Source: a bacterium (GTDB lineage: Bacteria; SAR324; NAC60-12). Taken from it: a stretch of 64,000 bases of DNA. Under the pieces are notes generated by a model that saw nothing but the letters and a program-made list of their open reading frames with translations, did not search any database and was not told where the DNA came from. Both the position numbers and the translations under genes were made by a program. The stretch spans positions 1,152,001-1,216,000 of the forward strand of contig OZ242383.1 in NCBI GenBank assembly GCA_965209155.1. The letters are read 5' to 3'. This document shows, piece after piece, positions 30,734 through 41,158 of the stretch (within the stretch, counting starts at the first letter, position 1; every line of letters starts with the position of its first letter).

Positions 30734-31236
30734 TGTTCCATGTTAACGAGAAGTAGCTTAGGGTTTCAATTGGCTACAACAACATTCAAAGAAAATGGAT
30801 TTCCGGGATATCCTCAGAGAATTGAACAAACAGAGTTCGCTAAACGACATCGGTGGGAAAACAGTGAATCGGAAGGTATAACGCGCCGTCTCAATCAAAT
30901 ACTTGCGGAAGTGTTTTCGCAATGTGGAGCTATTGCCACAAAAGTCACGACTGATACCTGATTGTCACGTTGGTACTTTTTCTCAGTGCACTAACCCGCA
31001 TCTTGCACGAAGCGCGCGAGCGTTCGTTCCGCAGCTTGTTTTGCGGGAACTGTACAGATTTCCCGTCCTTCACCTGATGTTTCCGACAGGGCACTGGCGC
31101 AGCCGCTCAAGATGGGCAAGAGGTAGCACCTTTCGCATTTGAGCACTACAAACGCAACAATCCGTTCATACCTGATCAGATAGCCTTTCGTGAAATCCAT
31201 GATTCCCTCTCCTTTCGCCGTCGACCTTCACACCGA

Positions 31237-31671
31237 TCAATGGAAAAATTGGTCACAGTCGATGTCGTCATGCTCTTTGAGGGGAGGATAAATATACTCG
31301 ATGCATATCTCCAACTCCGCCTTATCGGTACATGAAACGCTTCGCTCGATCGTCTTGCCTGCTTGAACGTCGGTTGCGTTTTCCGCTCTGGGCTTCCCGC
31401 TGTCGTCGTTGCGCTCTATAGGGCGATCATATGCGTTATCCGCCCAGGTCACTTTGACAGCTCTTGGACAATTGTTTACGACTTCCCAATCGTGGTGCGT
31501 CGTGTCGTAGGTGCTGCAGCGGCGCTTCTTTGTCCAGGCAAACGTTACGCAGCTTTCGACGCTTGGCACATCGGGTGTTTCGGTTCCCGTCGTTTCGCTA
31601 CTGGTTCGGTGTGCGGTTGCCGGAGGTACGACCAGGGCCATGCACAATACGTACGTTAAGATTCCCCTCAT
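31237..31671 (-). CDS. Secreted Cys-rich hypothetical protein
   Basis: AGGAG upstream, signal peptide MRGILTYVLCMALVVPPATA, six Cys in the mature part. Confidence 0.65.
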   Translation of the reverse strand: MRGILTYVLCMALVVPPATAHRTSSETTGTETPDVPSVESCVTFAWTKKRRCSTYDTTHHDWEVVNNCPRAVKVTWADNAYDRPIERNDDSGKPRAENATDVQAGKTIERSVSCTDKAELEICIEYIYPPLKEHDDIDCDQFFH

Positions 31672-31863
31672 GCAATCCACATTTCTCCTGGTGGCGGCAA
31701 ACACAATCGTGGCTTTGTCGGACAATCTCCGACGAAAGCGCGAAGAATGATAGCCGATGGCGGTGGGTTGATCCGCACCAGCCGGTACGGGAAGAGCTGT
31801 TGGAACCGGTTTGTCGTGAGAGGACTTGGAATTTGTCGACTTCACTCGCATATCAATTTCCTT

Positions 31864-32124
31864 TCAATTTTTGAATTTAATCTCTTCCAGTTCGCCTCGT
31901 CTCCGAATCGTCAGCGTCGAATCCAAAGCTTTATGTTGTGAATTATCGTGTTCATGCATCCGAAATATGGTAGATGTCTCGCCTGTCTCTCTGCCACGTT
32001 TTGGACCTGTAATTCGTATCAGATCCCGTGTTCTCAGGTTGGCTTGTGTCACGGCGGGCCCGAAAGCAGCGAGTGCCAGTGCTTGAAGAATCGTCGTTTT
32101 GCCAGACCCATTGTCCCCTGACAG
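31864..32124 (-). pseudogene. ABC/AAA-type ATPase N-terminal fragment
   Basis: Manual translation LSGDNGSGKTTILQALALA (Walker A). No start codon and an early stop. Confidence 0.7.
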
Positions 32125-32455
32125 CTAATTGACGTTAACAAATCTGGGTTTCGTAGCACTCACCTCCGAATGTTTTTCATGACTAGTAGATCGACATACA
32201 TAATATCAAGGCTTATTCTTGGGGCTGATACGAGATGGTGCCATATGGATTAAACTGTTACGAATCGGATCATACAATACAGATTGTCATAGTTCGTCTT
32301 CGAAATCTGTTGGTTAAGATATCGAAATTTGCAAAGGAGGTCAATTGTTATCATCTTTTTGTATTTGGGGTCCCAAATTCATCAAACAAATTATCGCTAA
32401 ACAAGCGCCATCCGTTCAATTCGGCACACGTCCCTGCCTGTCACCCGGAGCTTGA

Positions 32456-32655
32456 TACGAATCCTGCATATTTTTTCATTTGGGGCTTGACATTGCGTAA
32501 AATAGTGTTGTACGTATGCCTTCACCAATTTATTTTAGTGAAAGAGAAGGTTCCCGACCGATTGAACCATTTCATGGGAGATCGTGAAAATTTTCTTGGG
32601 AATTTTTTTCAACGTTATTTGACTGAAAGGGTTTTTCATAGACCTGAATAGCTAC
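32456..32655 (+). repeat. Dispersed repeat, diverged copy 4
   Basis: TACGAATCCTGCAT...TTGACA...ATGCCTTCACC...TTAGTGAAAGAGAAGGTTCCC...CTGAATAGCTAC. Confidence 0.8.
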
Positions 32656-32713
32656 GATAAGCTACTATACGGAGAAATTACGCAGCAACCCGAAATTTGG
32701 AGAGATAAGCATT

Positions 32714-33769
32714 ATGACTGACAAGACGCTCGTGTTTCTGATTCACGGCATGGGAACGCATAAGGCAAAATGGAGTAAATCTGTGCAGGAAGCACTTCAA
32801 TGTCACGCTAGTGGCTACGAATTCTTTAAAAAATCCGGCAACAAGAATTTGACGAAATTCGTTGAGTTCGTCGAAATTGTCTACGATGATATTTTTACAA
32901 ATGCTCTGAAAAATTGGGAAGAAAAGAATAAGGAGCTATTGCAGCAGGTAGCAACGGCGGACAAAGCTCAGGCGGAGAAGGCTGTGTACTGGCTTAAGGG
33001 CATGAAAAATGGGAAAAACAATTTCGCTTGGACTCACGCCGTCGACGTGTTGTTGTGGCGCTTCAGCTCGTATTTTCGCAACTCGATCAAAGCAAAAATT
33101 TCCGCGAAGATGACCAGAAAGCTAATCGAATCGGCCAAGAAGAACAGTATATGCTATGCCAAGGCCGCAGTCATCTCACATAGCCTAGGGACATCTGTAA
33201 TGCATGACGTGCTCGCGAATCTTGCATTTGGTCGCTACTTGCCGGCTCACATGCCCAACGGTTTCGACCCGAAAGCATTTCGTTTCATGAGCTTGCACAC
33301 CATCGCCAACGTGAGCAAAATACTTGAGCTAGATGACTATCCAGTCTATTGTAGTCGTGTTCGACCCGGTTCCGTTGATAATCAAGAGAGCTATTGTCAG
33401 CATTTTTTCAATTATCACAATACGTTAGATCCCTTCACGCTACCAAGGCCGTTTCGACCGCCATGGCCACCCGACACCTTCCACGATAAACAGGTGTCGC
33501 ATCTGCATGGTGCGAACCCGCACTCAATCGAGCATTATCTCCTTAACCCCAAAGTTCATGTCCCGTTGCTTCGATCAATTGTGGGCGTGTATGAGGCTGT
33601 TACGCCGAAGGAGGAGGAATATGCTTACAAAGCTTTCAAAAACGTTGATCTTTCAGAGGAGGTCAAAACGCGCATCGAACAAAAGATCAACAACGCACGG
33701 GAAGTCATGGGCCTGTCCGTTGACATGATAGATTTAGTAAAGGGCATTCAACTTTTTTTCGGAGATTGA
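32714..33769 (+). CDS. Alpha/beta-hydrolase-like hypothetical protein
   Basis: GGAG RBS. LIHGMG, SHSLGT nucleophile-elbow-like motif, NYHNTLDP and a late PHS. Confidence 0.7.
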   Translation: MTDKTLVFLIHGMGTHKAKWSKSVQEALQCHASGYEFFKKSGNKNLTKFVEFVEIVYDDIFTNALKNWEEKNKELLQQVATADKAQAEKAVYWLKGMKNGKNNFAWTHAVDVLLWRFSSYFRNSIKAKISAKMTRKLIESAKKNSICYAKAAVISHSLGTSVMHDVLANLAFGRYLPAHMPNGFDPKAFRFMSLHTIANVSKILELDDYPVYCSRVRPGSVDNQESYCQHFFNYHNTLDPFTLPRPFRPPWPPDTFHDKQVSHLHGANPHSIEHYLLNPKVHVPLLRSIVGVYEAVTPKEEEYAYKAFKNVDLSEEVKTRIEQKINNAREVMGLSVDMIDLVKGIQLFFGD

Positions 33770-34956
33770 ACATGAGTGACTGGATGCCACGCTCAATGAA
33801 ATTCTTTGTGCTAGTCGGGGTAGCGCTCTGCGCGACTGTAATCTCAAATTTAGCGAATGCACAGCAGACCTTTGATAATTGGTATAATGTTGCGATACGT
33901 GACAAGGAGAGCGTACTTTATAAGAGCCTGCTCGCCGAGCGGAAGGTCTTCAAAGAGCGCATACCCGTCGAGGGTATTGCTCCACTGATTGCTGAGCTGA
34001 GCGTTACCGCCGCCGAATTAATGCCCGATGAAGAACCTGGGTTCCAACGCGCCGAAGACGCTGAGAATATCCGTAAGCTCGTTCACTTGTTGGACGAAGT
34101 TAAGTCGGAGCTCGATATTGACGCAGCCCAAGTTAAGCGCATCTTCTCTGAGGAAAAAGCGGGAACCAATACCGACGATGTAGTGACTGAACTCATCAGC
34201 GTTCAAACGCAGCGTCAAATTACCAACCTTTTCGGAGGCATGGACCAACGCACTACCAAACCCAACGCCGGCAGTTACGTGATTGCGAAGGGCCGTAAAA
34301 ATGAAATTTTGATTCCGCCAAAATCGACGAGCTCAGTTGATCGTAGTATCTGGCGGATCGGTCTGATTGCCCAATATATCATCGGTGCTGCCAACCTGCC
34401 CCTTATGGAAGCAACTAACTTGGTTATCGCTCAGGCGCGCGACGACTGGAAGGCATTTATGGAGAATGCGGTCGGAGATCAATTCGTTTGGGAGACGATA
34501 TTCAATAGTTGGGCTGCGAATCACTTGCCGCCTATCGCTGGCACACTCTCGACTCCGCCCCGATTTCAACTTCGAATTGTTCACCCAACTCCGGTGGTGG
34601 TCTATTCGACTTTAGGTGGCATAGAGGCGGAGCCACGATTGGCCGTTGAGCTCTTCGGTGTGCGAAGATTCGGACGGGACTACGCGCCAAATGGCGGTGT
34701 ATCATTGATCGGAATCTTTCCCAGTGACCGTGACCAAGGCACGGGGTGGGGCTTACTACTAACGCGCAAGCGATTCTCTTTCGGGATCACCAAACAAGAG
34801 TTCAACAACGGCGAAGATATTGTCGCTTTGGTATTCGGCATTGATCTCGCTGCCCAACTCCAAAATCAGCAAGGTGGCTTGCGCGAGCGTATTGACAACA
34901 AGCTCTCTCATATTCTCGAGAGCTTGGCAAGAGGTCATCATATCAACCCCCATTAG
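33766..34956 (+). CDS. Secreted or outer-membrane hypothetical protein
   Basis: Overlaps the upstream stop. Signal peptide ending ANA, helical N-half and beta-strand-like C-half. Confidence 0.7.
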   Translation: MNMSDWMPRSMKFFVLVGVALCATVISNLANAQQTFDNWYNVAIRDKESVLYKSLLAERKVFKERIPVEGIAPLIAELSVTAAELMPDEEPGFQRAEDAENIRKLVHLLDEVKSELDIDAAQVKRIFSEEKAGTNTDDVVTELISVQTQRQITNLFGGMDQRTTKPNAGSYVIAKGRKNEILIPPKSTSSVDRSIWRIGLIAQYIIGAANLPLMEATNLVIAQARDDWKAFMENAVGDQFVWETIFNSWAANHLPPIAGTLSTPPRFQLRIVHPTPVVVYSTLGGIEAEPRLAVELFGVRRFGRDYAPNGGVSLIGIFPSDRDQGTGWGLLLTRKRFSFGITKQEFNNGEDIVALVFGIDLAAQLQNQQGGLRERIDNKLSHILESLARGHHINPH

Positions 34957-35071
34957 TTCCTCAGAATAAGACCTTCGAAGTTGTTGGATGGCAGTCACAC
35001 TTGGTTATTTTAGTCGACCGATTCTCAGAGGATCTGGCATCATATTTCACTGTTCAGAAAGGAATTTAGCG

Positions 35072-36214
35072 ATGAAAAAAATGTTCATGGTAGTTTTTAC
35101 TCTCATCATCTTTGCGTGTTGTATTCCGTTGGCGGCTCAGGACCTGCCCGATGACGTTTTGGCCGACATGTACCTGTTGGAAGCGAGCGAGGCGCTCGAG
35201 AACGGAGACGCACGCACGGCGATTGAGGCCTATGGGAAAATCGAAGCCCTGGACGTCGAACCGCCGCTGGAGTTTCTGTATTTTTATGGCAAGGTTCTGG
35301 TTGAGAACAGCATCACATTGGATGACCTGCTGAAGGGCCAATCGCTGTTGAAACAGTTCGTGCTCAATATCGAAAAGGACTCGGAGCACTATACACCGAC
35401 CTTGAAATTGCTTTCCGCGGTTGGAAAAACAATAAAGAAAATCGACGCAAAGCGACAGGCCGAAGCACGGGCGAAACGGGAACGAGAAGCTGAACGGCAA
35501 CTACTCAAAGAGATGTTACAAAGTTTCCAGATGGTGCAGGTGGTGGGCGGTACCTTCACCATGGGCTGCAAGGCAGGGCGGGATAGTGACTGTTTAAATA
35601 GTGAAAAACCGGCGCATCGGGTGCGGGTGCGCCGTTTCGAAATCGGCAAGTACGAGGTGACACAGGAGCAATGGGAAGCTGTGATAGGCAACAATCTGAG
35701 TCATTTCAAAGGCTGTCCCCAGTGTCCCGTGGAAAAGGTCAGTTGGGAAGACGTGCAAGCGTTTCTCAAAAGATTGAATGATGCGACCGGAAGAGGTTAT
35801 CGCCTGCCCAGTGAGGCGGAATGGGAATATGCCGCGCGAGGCGGTCAGCAAAGTCGTGGTTACCAATACGCCGGAAGTGATGACCCGGATTTGGTAGCTT
35901 GGTATGACGATAATAGCGGTGAAAAGACCCATCCCGTCGGGCGGAAGCGGGCCAATGAGTTGGGGCTGCACGACATGAACGGCAACGTAATTGAATGGGT
36001 TCAGGATTGCTGGCATGACGATTATGAAGACGCGCCAAACGATGGTCGTGCTTGGGAAACTCAGGGTGGAGGCGATTGTTACAGGCGCGTCTTGCGCGGT
36101 GGTTCCTGGGACAACTACGGTCCGAGGAAACTCCGTGCGGCGAACCGCGGCTGGGCTGACGTCGGAAGCCGGTACCTCACCTTCGGATTCCGCATTGCCC
36201 GGACCTTGGATTAG
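35072..36214 (+). CDS. Exported FGE-sulfatase (SUMF1/C-type lectin fold) domain protein with TPR-like N-terminus
   Basis: FTMG, KYEVTQEQW, RLPSEAEWEYAARGG, GLHDMNGNVIEWVQD, RVLRGGSW and GFRIAR. Confidence 0.93.
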   Translation: MKKMFMVVFTLIIFACCIPLAAQDLPDDVLADMYLLEASEALENGDARTAIEAYGKIEALDVEPPLEFLYFYGKVLVENSITLDDLLKGQSLLKQFVLNIEKDSEHYTPTLKLLSAVGKTIKKIDAKRQAEARAKREREAERQLLKEMLQSFQMVQVVGGTFTMGCKAGRDSDCLNSEKPAHRVRVRRFEIGKYEVTQEQWEAVIGNNLSHFKGCPQCPVEKVSWEDVQAFLKRLNDATGRGYRLPSEAEWEYAARGGQQSRGYQYAGSDDPDLVAWYDDNSGEKTHPVGRKRANELGLHDMNGNVIEWVQDCWHDDYEDAPNDGRAWETQGGGDCYRRVLRGGSWDNYGPRKLRAANRGWADVGSRYLTFGFRIARTLD

Positions 36215-36301
36215 CTCTTAATCTTTGACTCTTTACTTCCCGAGCCTCTAAAAGGCTTGCCTGAGGGAGAAATAGTTATCTACACACATACAATACAGAC
36301 T

Positions 36302-37111
36302 ATGGACGACAAAAAGTGGAATTACGGCACGTTGATAGCGTTCCTGGCCCTTGCTATACCCGGATTAATCTACGTTATCACGCTCGGAAACGAAGTTGAA
36401 ACGTTGAAAGCTACGAAATCAGAACAATCAAAAACAGTTCAGATTGCAACTGACTTGGCTAACGTTAAAAAGGATGTGGAAAATCTCAAGTCAGGAGAAG
36501 TTATCGAAACAATGAAGGCTACCGCTCTTGATGAGATTGGAAAGAGGAAAGGTGAAATTCTCGAGGAGATTAAAGCCAAGGAGGAAAGCCATGTTCAATT
36601 GTTTGGACAAGCTCCAAAACTGCCCGTAGGAGTGATTATTGATTACATTGGCCCAATAGAAAGTTCTGCACCTGATGCGAGCGAAATGCTCAGAGATGGC
36701 CACTTTACTTGGGTAAAAGATGCCCCTAATTGGGCAATCACGAATGGTGCAACAATTCCCGAATCTTCTCTTGATCTTGAATCTCCTATTTTAGAGTTTG
36801 ACGCAGACCCAACCCGTGATGGGTTCCAGGTTCCGAATTTAATTAATCGATTTACCAAAGGAGTCCTGATAGAAGATTTGGGCTCCCCAGGAGGCTTTGC
36901 CAACAAAGAAATTGATTTGTCCCATTCTCATCCAGTAAAACCTTGTGGGGATGCTAATGGCAGGAATGCTCTAAGAGCTCAAAATTGGCACGATCACGTC
37001 AGAATGTGTAACGAAAGGTCTGCTTCAAACACAGACAGATACTCGAAGAAGGTCACACTCGACAACGATCCCCTGTATTTTGGAGTTCTGAAAATCATTA
37101 GAATCAAATAA
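36302..37111 (+). CDS. Membrane-anchored coiled-coil protein with phage tail-collar-like C-terminal domain
   Basis: N-terminal TM and coiled coil, then LPVGVIIDYIG...WAITNG...FQVPNLINRFTKG...HSH...IIRIK. Confidence 0.7.
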   Translation: MDDKKWNYGTLIAFLALAIPGLIYVITLGNEVETLKATKSEQSKTVQIATDLANVKKDVENLKSGEVIETMKATALDEIGKRKGEILEEIKAKEESHVQLFGQAPKLPVGVIIDYIGPIESSAPDASEMLRDGHFTWVKDAPNWAITNGATIPESSLDLESPILEFDADPTRDGFQVPNLINRFTKGVLIEDLGSPGGFANKEIDLSHSHPVKPCGDANGRNALRAQNWHDHVRMCNERSASNTDRYSKKVTLDNDPLYFGVLKIIRIK

Positions 37112-37192
37112 CTGGTGTATTGCCTTTTTATTTCTTGTAAGAAATTTGAAAAGAACTATGAGCTTAACCTATGTTCATTAAAACAGGTTTTT

Positions 37193-38404
37193 ATGAAGCG
37201 CAAAACTATTTGGTTGACGATCAATATTATCGCTCTGATGTGTCTATCGGGAGGCCCTGTGGACGCAGAAGTCGTATTCAGCGATAAAAACGGGGTGACG
37301 GTGGAGTATCGAATCATCGACACAGGTAAATACACCCATTGCGCAGATAAAAACGATCCGGATTATACCAGTAAGAAAATAAAAATCTGGAAAGCAACCG
37401 TCATTTTGACAAACAATTCAACCGGAAGGATCAAACCTCAAGGACGAACGGTGGCAACAATAAATGTCGGAGAAGACATCAGAGGAGGCCCGTATTGTTT
37501 TTACTACAATGTGCCGAATTTCCATAGCATTGGTTATCCTGACCAGGGTGGCCTCCCGCTGGGCATCATGCTCGGGATGGTCTATCCCATCAATCCTGGC
37601 AAATCCATTTCGGAATCGGAATATTTATACCTATACGAAGACCGGAAACCCATCATGACAAGTTGGTTTTTTAGTGGCTATTACCTTTTGAAAGACAAAA
37701 CTAAAAAATCAAAAAATCAACAACAATCAGACGAACAAGCCTCGAAGCAAAGTACGGCAGCAAACGCAAACCAGCGTACAACCCCAAGTGGGAAGTCAAG
37801 CCCGACAGCAAAGGTAAAAAAGCCCACCTCCCCATCGGGCAGCCTGATCCTGCTCATCGACGTCAGCGGGAGTATGAAAGGCGCCAAGCTGGATTCGGCG
37901 AAACAGGCGGCTATCGAAACCATCCGCAAAGCGGTCAGGAACAAAAGCGAAGTCGCCATTCTCGCTTTTGAGGGTGACTGCGGGAACCCGGTAGAGCGTT
38001 ATATCGACTTTACCGGGAATGAAAATCAACTCGTTGCCTTCATCGACGGCTTGTCCGCCCAAGGCGGAACACCCCTGGCCACCGCGCTGGACGTTTCCAA
38101 CCGATTCATGAAGCAACGCAAATCCGCCGCAAGCAAAACGCAAATGATCCTGCTGCTGGCCGATGGGGATGACGATTGCGGCGGCCTGGATGAAGTCTTA
38201 GGGGAATTGAAGCGGAACAATCTCTTGTATCGTCATGAAACCGTGGGCCTCGAAGTGTCCGATGAAGCCCGGAAACAATTACGGAACATCGCCACCCAAT
38301 CGGGAGGGAACTATCACGGCGCCACCAGTGAGAACCTGTCGCAGGTCTTTTCGGACGCAGTGGAATTGATGCGAATGCTCGATATGATCGGGAAGTTCAA
38401 GTAA
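37193..38404 (+). CDS. Exported von Willebrand factor A domain protein
   Basis: Signal peptide, low-complexity linker, and MIDAS motifs LIDVSGSM, GGTPL, LLADG. Confidence 0.9.
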   Translation: MKRKTIWLTINIIALMCLSGGPVDAEVVFSDKNGVTVEYRIIDTGKYTHCADKNDPDYTSKKIKIWKATVILTNNSTGRIKPQGRTVATINVGEDIRGGPYCFYYNVPNFHSIGYPDQGGLPLGIMLGMVYPINPGKSISESEYLYLYEDRKPIMTSWFFSGYYLLKDKTKKSKNQQQSDEQASKQSTAANANQRTTPSGKSSPTAKVKKPTSPSGSLILLIDVSGSMKGAKLDSAKQAAIETIRKAVRNKSEVAILAFEGDCGNPVERYIDFTGNENQLVAFIDGLSAQGGTPLATALDVSNRFMKQRKSAASKTQMILLLADGDDDCGGLDEVLGELKRNNLLYRHETVGLEVSDEARKQLRNIATQSGGNYHGATSENLSQVFSDAVELMRMLDMIGKFK

Positions 38405-38415
38405 GAAGCTGTTAG

Positions 38416-39701
38416 GGGCTTGTTACAAAATAAGTTGAACATCTTTGAGTTTCATATAGGGTGAATGGTGTAGTTCCATTGAGGAAACTTTTTTGCAAAT
38501 TTTAGATTTATGTTATCAAATTCTTCGTCGGATACTTTCATACCAGTTTTGTATTGCTTACGATCAAGTCGAGCCTTGATATTGAGGCCGTTTTTGGTCG
38601 TAGTCGAGGCGATCAATCTCACCACGGACTCATAGTTTTCTAGTGGCCTGCCTTTCCAATTCATGCTGATGAATGAAAACATACGATGCTCAATCTTGTT
38701 CCACTTGCTTGTCCCTGGTGGATAATGCGCGACTGTAATTGGTATCCCAAGCTTGTTTGCTAATTCTTGTAAGTAAAACTTCCATGCCCGAGCTCTACTC
38801 CCATTGCTCCCTCCGCCATCGGCACACACAAGAATCTCAGTTGCATTGGGATAGCGCTTTTTTCCAAAGTGTCTCCACCACTGCCAAAGGCTATTGACAG
38901 CAAACTCAGAGGTATCTGAGGACATGCCAACGTTTACAAAACCTTCGTTGCGATTTAAGTCATAGGCCCCAAAAGGTATCGCCTTCCCCTCTCCGTAAGA
39001 TTTGAAATCATGATCAAGAACTTTCTTGTCTTCCTTTGACCACACTCGACCCTCATTCTTGAAATTTCCGACAAGCTCCTTTTTTTCGTATCAACTGATA
39101 CCACTGGGTTTCCGTATCTTGAAAACCGATGGACGGATCGATTAATGTGTCTGAATTGCTCGTCGCGGTTTGGATGATTTTTTCCTGAAAGCATCTTTTT
39201 GTTCGATCTCAGGGAATAGCCAAGCTCCTTTAAAAGCCTCATTACCGTGACATAAGATACATCAAATCCAGATTTTCTTAGCTGATCTGCGATAGATCTG
39301 CTCGATTTGCATGTCCACCGTAGGCGGCTCATCGGATCTCCTGCAGAAGACTCTTCAAGAATGCCCTCAATTGCTTTGAGCAGCTCAGGACTCTTGTGCC
39401 TCGAATACTTTCGTCCTCCACCCTCACGACGGAGACGATCGCTGTCAAGTGATAACGATCCATCTTCTTCTAAATCACGGAGACCCTGAGTTACCGTCGT
39501 TCTGGATAGTCCGGTCGCGCGACTTACTTGTGAAACACCTCCGTAGCCAAGCTCTTTTGCTTTTACTGCTGCGAACCACCTTTTCTGTGGCTCGTTGAGG
39601 TAGCCGAACGCCTTAATCCACTCTTTACTGATCTCATGGTTAGTCATGAAATCAGTAGACCACAAAAAATCTAGTTGTTCAATTTATTTTGTAACAAGCC
39701 C
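38416..39701 (-). mobile_element. Complete ISAzo13-family element; transposase 38452-39647 in two frames
   Basis: IR GGGCTTGTTACAAAATAA(G/A)TTGAACA flanked by TTAG direct repeats. GDPMSRLRWTCKS, SVDTKK (A7 frameshift site), ADGGGSNG and PPGTSKWNKIEHRMF. Confidence 0.95.
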
Positions 39702-39787
39702 TTAGTTCAGAGTTCTATAGTATCCACTCCTGATCGCACAGCCTCACACCTGCATTCTAATCCCGGCAGCCTGCCCACGGCAGACGG

Positions 39788-40624
39788 TTACTGACTATTG
39801 CAGCGCTTGCCTTTCCAATGTATGGATTCGGGTAGCTTCGGAATTTCATTTGGCATTGCACAAGCGGTCTTCAGTTGCTCCGGCTTGAGGCCACGGGCTG
39901 CGCTCAGATCTGCGTTGCTTAGATTTGTGCGGATAAAAGAGACATTATCCAGACGTGCGTTCTGAAAGTTCACACTGCCATCAATGTTGGTGTCACTGAA
40001 TATCACTGAGGTTAGATTGGAATTGCTGAAATCCACATTCTTGATATTGTTGGCAGACCAAAAGGTCGCCCCCTCTAGATTAGCATAACGAAAATCTGCA
40101 CCACTTATTTTTCCGTGTTTGAATGTTGTTTCGCGGAGATTTGAACCACGGAATTTCACATTCAAGATTTGCACGTCGTCGAAGTTTGCACGACGCAGAC
40201 TCGCCCCACTTAGATCCAAATCATTCAAGATCATATCGCTTAGATCAATACGATCCAATGGAAAACCATCACGCGACAGAGCTTCAACAATGGCATGAAG
40301 AGGGGCATCGCGTTCCTCTATCGGAAGAGAGCGCAACTGATGAATCTGGGCGAGTAGCATCGCTCCACGCACCGCACGATCCTTACTTCTCTCTTGATAC
40401 TCGGAGAATACGCCAAATACAGTTACTACAATAGCCACTACCGCGACGATCTCGAATGATATTCGAAATAGTGCCACATTATGAAACAAATAGAAGAAAA
40501 CGGACGCCCAATGGTCTGGACGTGCGAGAATCCGTAGAATAATGTTTCTTTCGCTCTTCCACCTGTGTTGGTCGAAGACTGGTCGAACAGGACCGGTTAA
40601 CTCGCCGTTCTTTCTCTTTGCCAT
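39788..40624 (-). CDS. Membrane-anchored pentapeptide repeat protein
   Basis: N-terminal hydrophobic segments followed by LDLSG-ASLRR-ANFDD and ADFRY-ANLEG repeats. Confidence 0.88.
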   Translation of the reverse strand: MAKRKNGELTGPVRPVFDQHRWKSERNIILRILARPDHWASVFFYLFHNVALFRISFEIVAVVAIVVTVFGVFSEYQERSKDRAVRGAMLLAQIHQLRSLPIEERDAPLHAIVEALSRDGFPLDRIDLSDMILNDLDLSGASLRRANFDDVQILNVKFRGSNLRETTFKHGKISGADFRYANLEGATFWSANNIKNVDFSNSNLTSVIFSDTNIDGSVNFQNARLDNVSFIRTNLSNADLSAARGLKPEQLKTACAMPNEIPKLPESIHWKGKRCNSQ

Positions 40625-40640
40625 AGAATAAGTCCGTGTT

Positions 40641-41130
40641 ACAATAGGAAAATCAAAAATGACACAAGACGATAGCATTTGGAAATATGTGTGTAAAGAC
40701 AAAATTAGGAGGGATATTTTTGCTTTTTTGGAAGGTTTCCTGGGAGGGTGTGCGGCATGTTCATTTTTTTATCGCTTTTCTTTTATGCTGGTTTGAAATG
40801 CCGGCTTTTGGACAAAGCGACCCCTGGGTTTTTCTGAAGAATTTTCAAGATACCCATTCTTCATCAGCAAAATAGACTTCATCAGAAGGGATGTAGTCGG
40901 CATAGTAGTCATCCATATCATAGGGGTTGATAGATGGCAGTGGCGGCGCTCTTTGTGTTTACTCACCGATATGCTTTAAAATTTTTTTGACTTCTTGATG
41001 ATTGGTAATAAATGCGATGATCTTCATCTCCTTGCCGCAGTTTGGACATAGCAGAGGAGAGGATCCACCTCGAAGATCTTATGGATCAATCGTGCCCAAA
41101 TTGCGCTGGCTTTCGCTTTTCCTTTGATCT
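40641..41130 (-). mobile_element. IS91-family remnant: transposase C-terminus plus oriIS-like end
   Basis: Minus-strand ANWARLIHKIFEVDPLLCPNCGKEMKIIAFIT, ending TTTTGATTTTCCTATT. Confidence 0.85.
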
Positions 41131-41158
41131 AGACACTCACGGGCCGAAAATGCGTTGT

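Noticed and set aside
19560..36214. Complete diversity-generating retroelement (Avd-like gene plus FGE target)
   Set aside because: No reverse transcriptase or template repeat was found, and the two genes are 15 kb apart.
36302..37111. Prophage or contractile injection system
   Set aside because: No capsid, sheath, baseplate, terminase or integrase genes in the window.
39070..39090. ISAzo13 frameshift as evidence of inactivation
   Set aside because: It falls on an A7 run at the DTKK motif of an element with intact IRs and direct repeats, which fits programmed frameshifting or a homopolymer error equally well.
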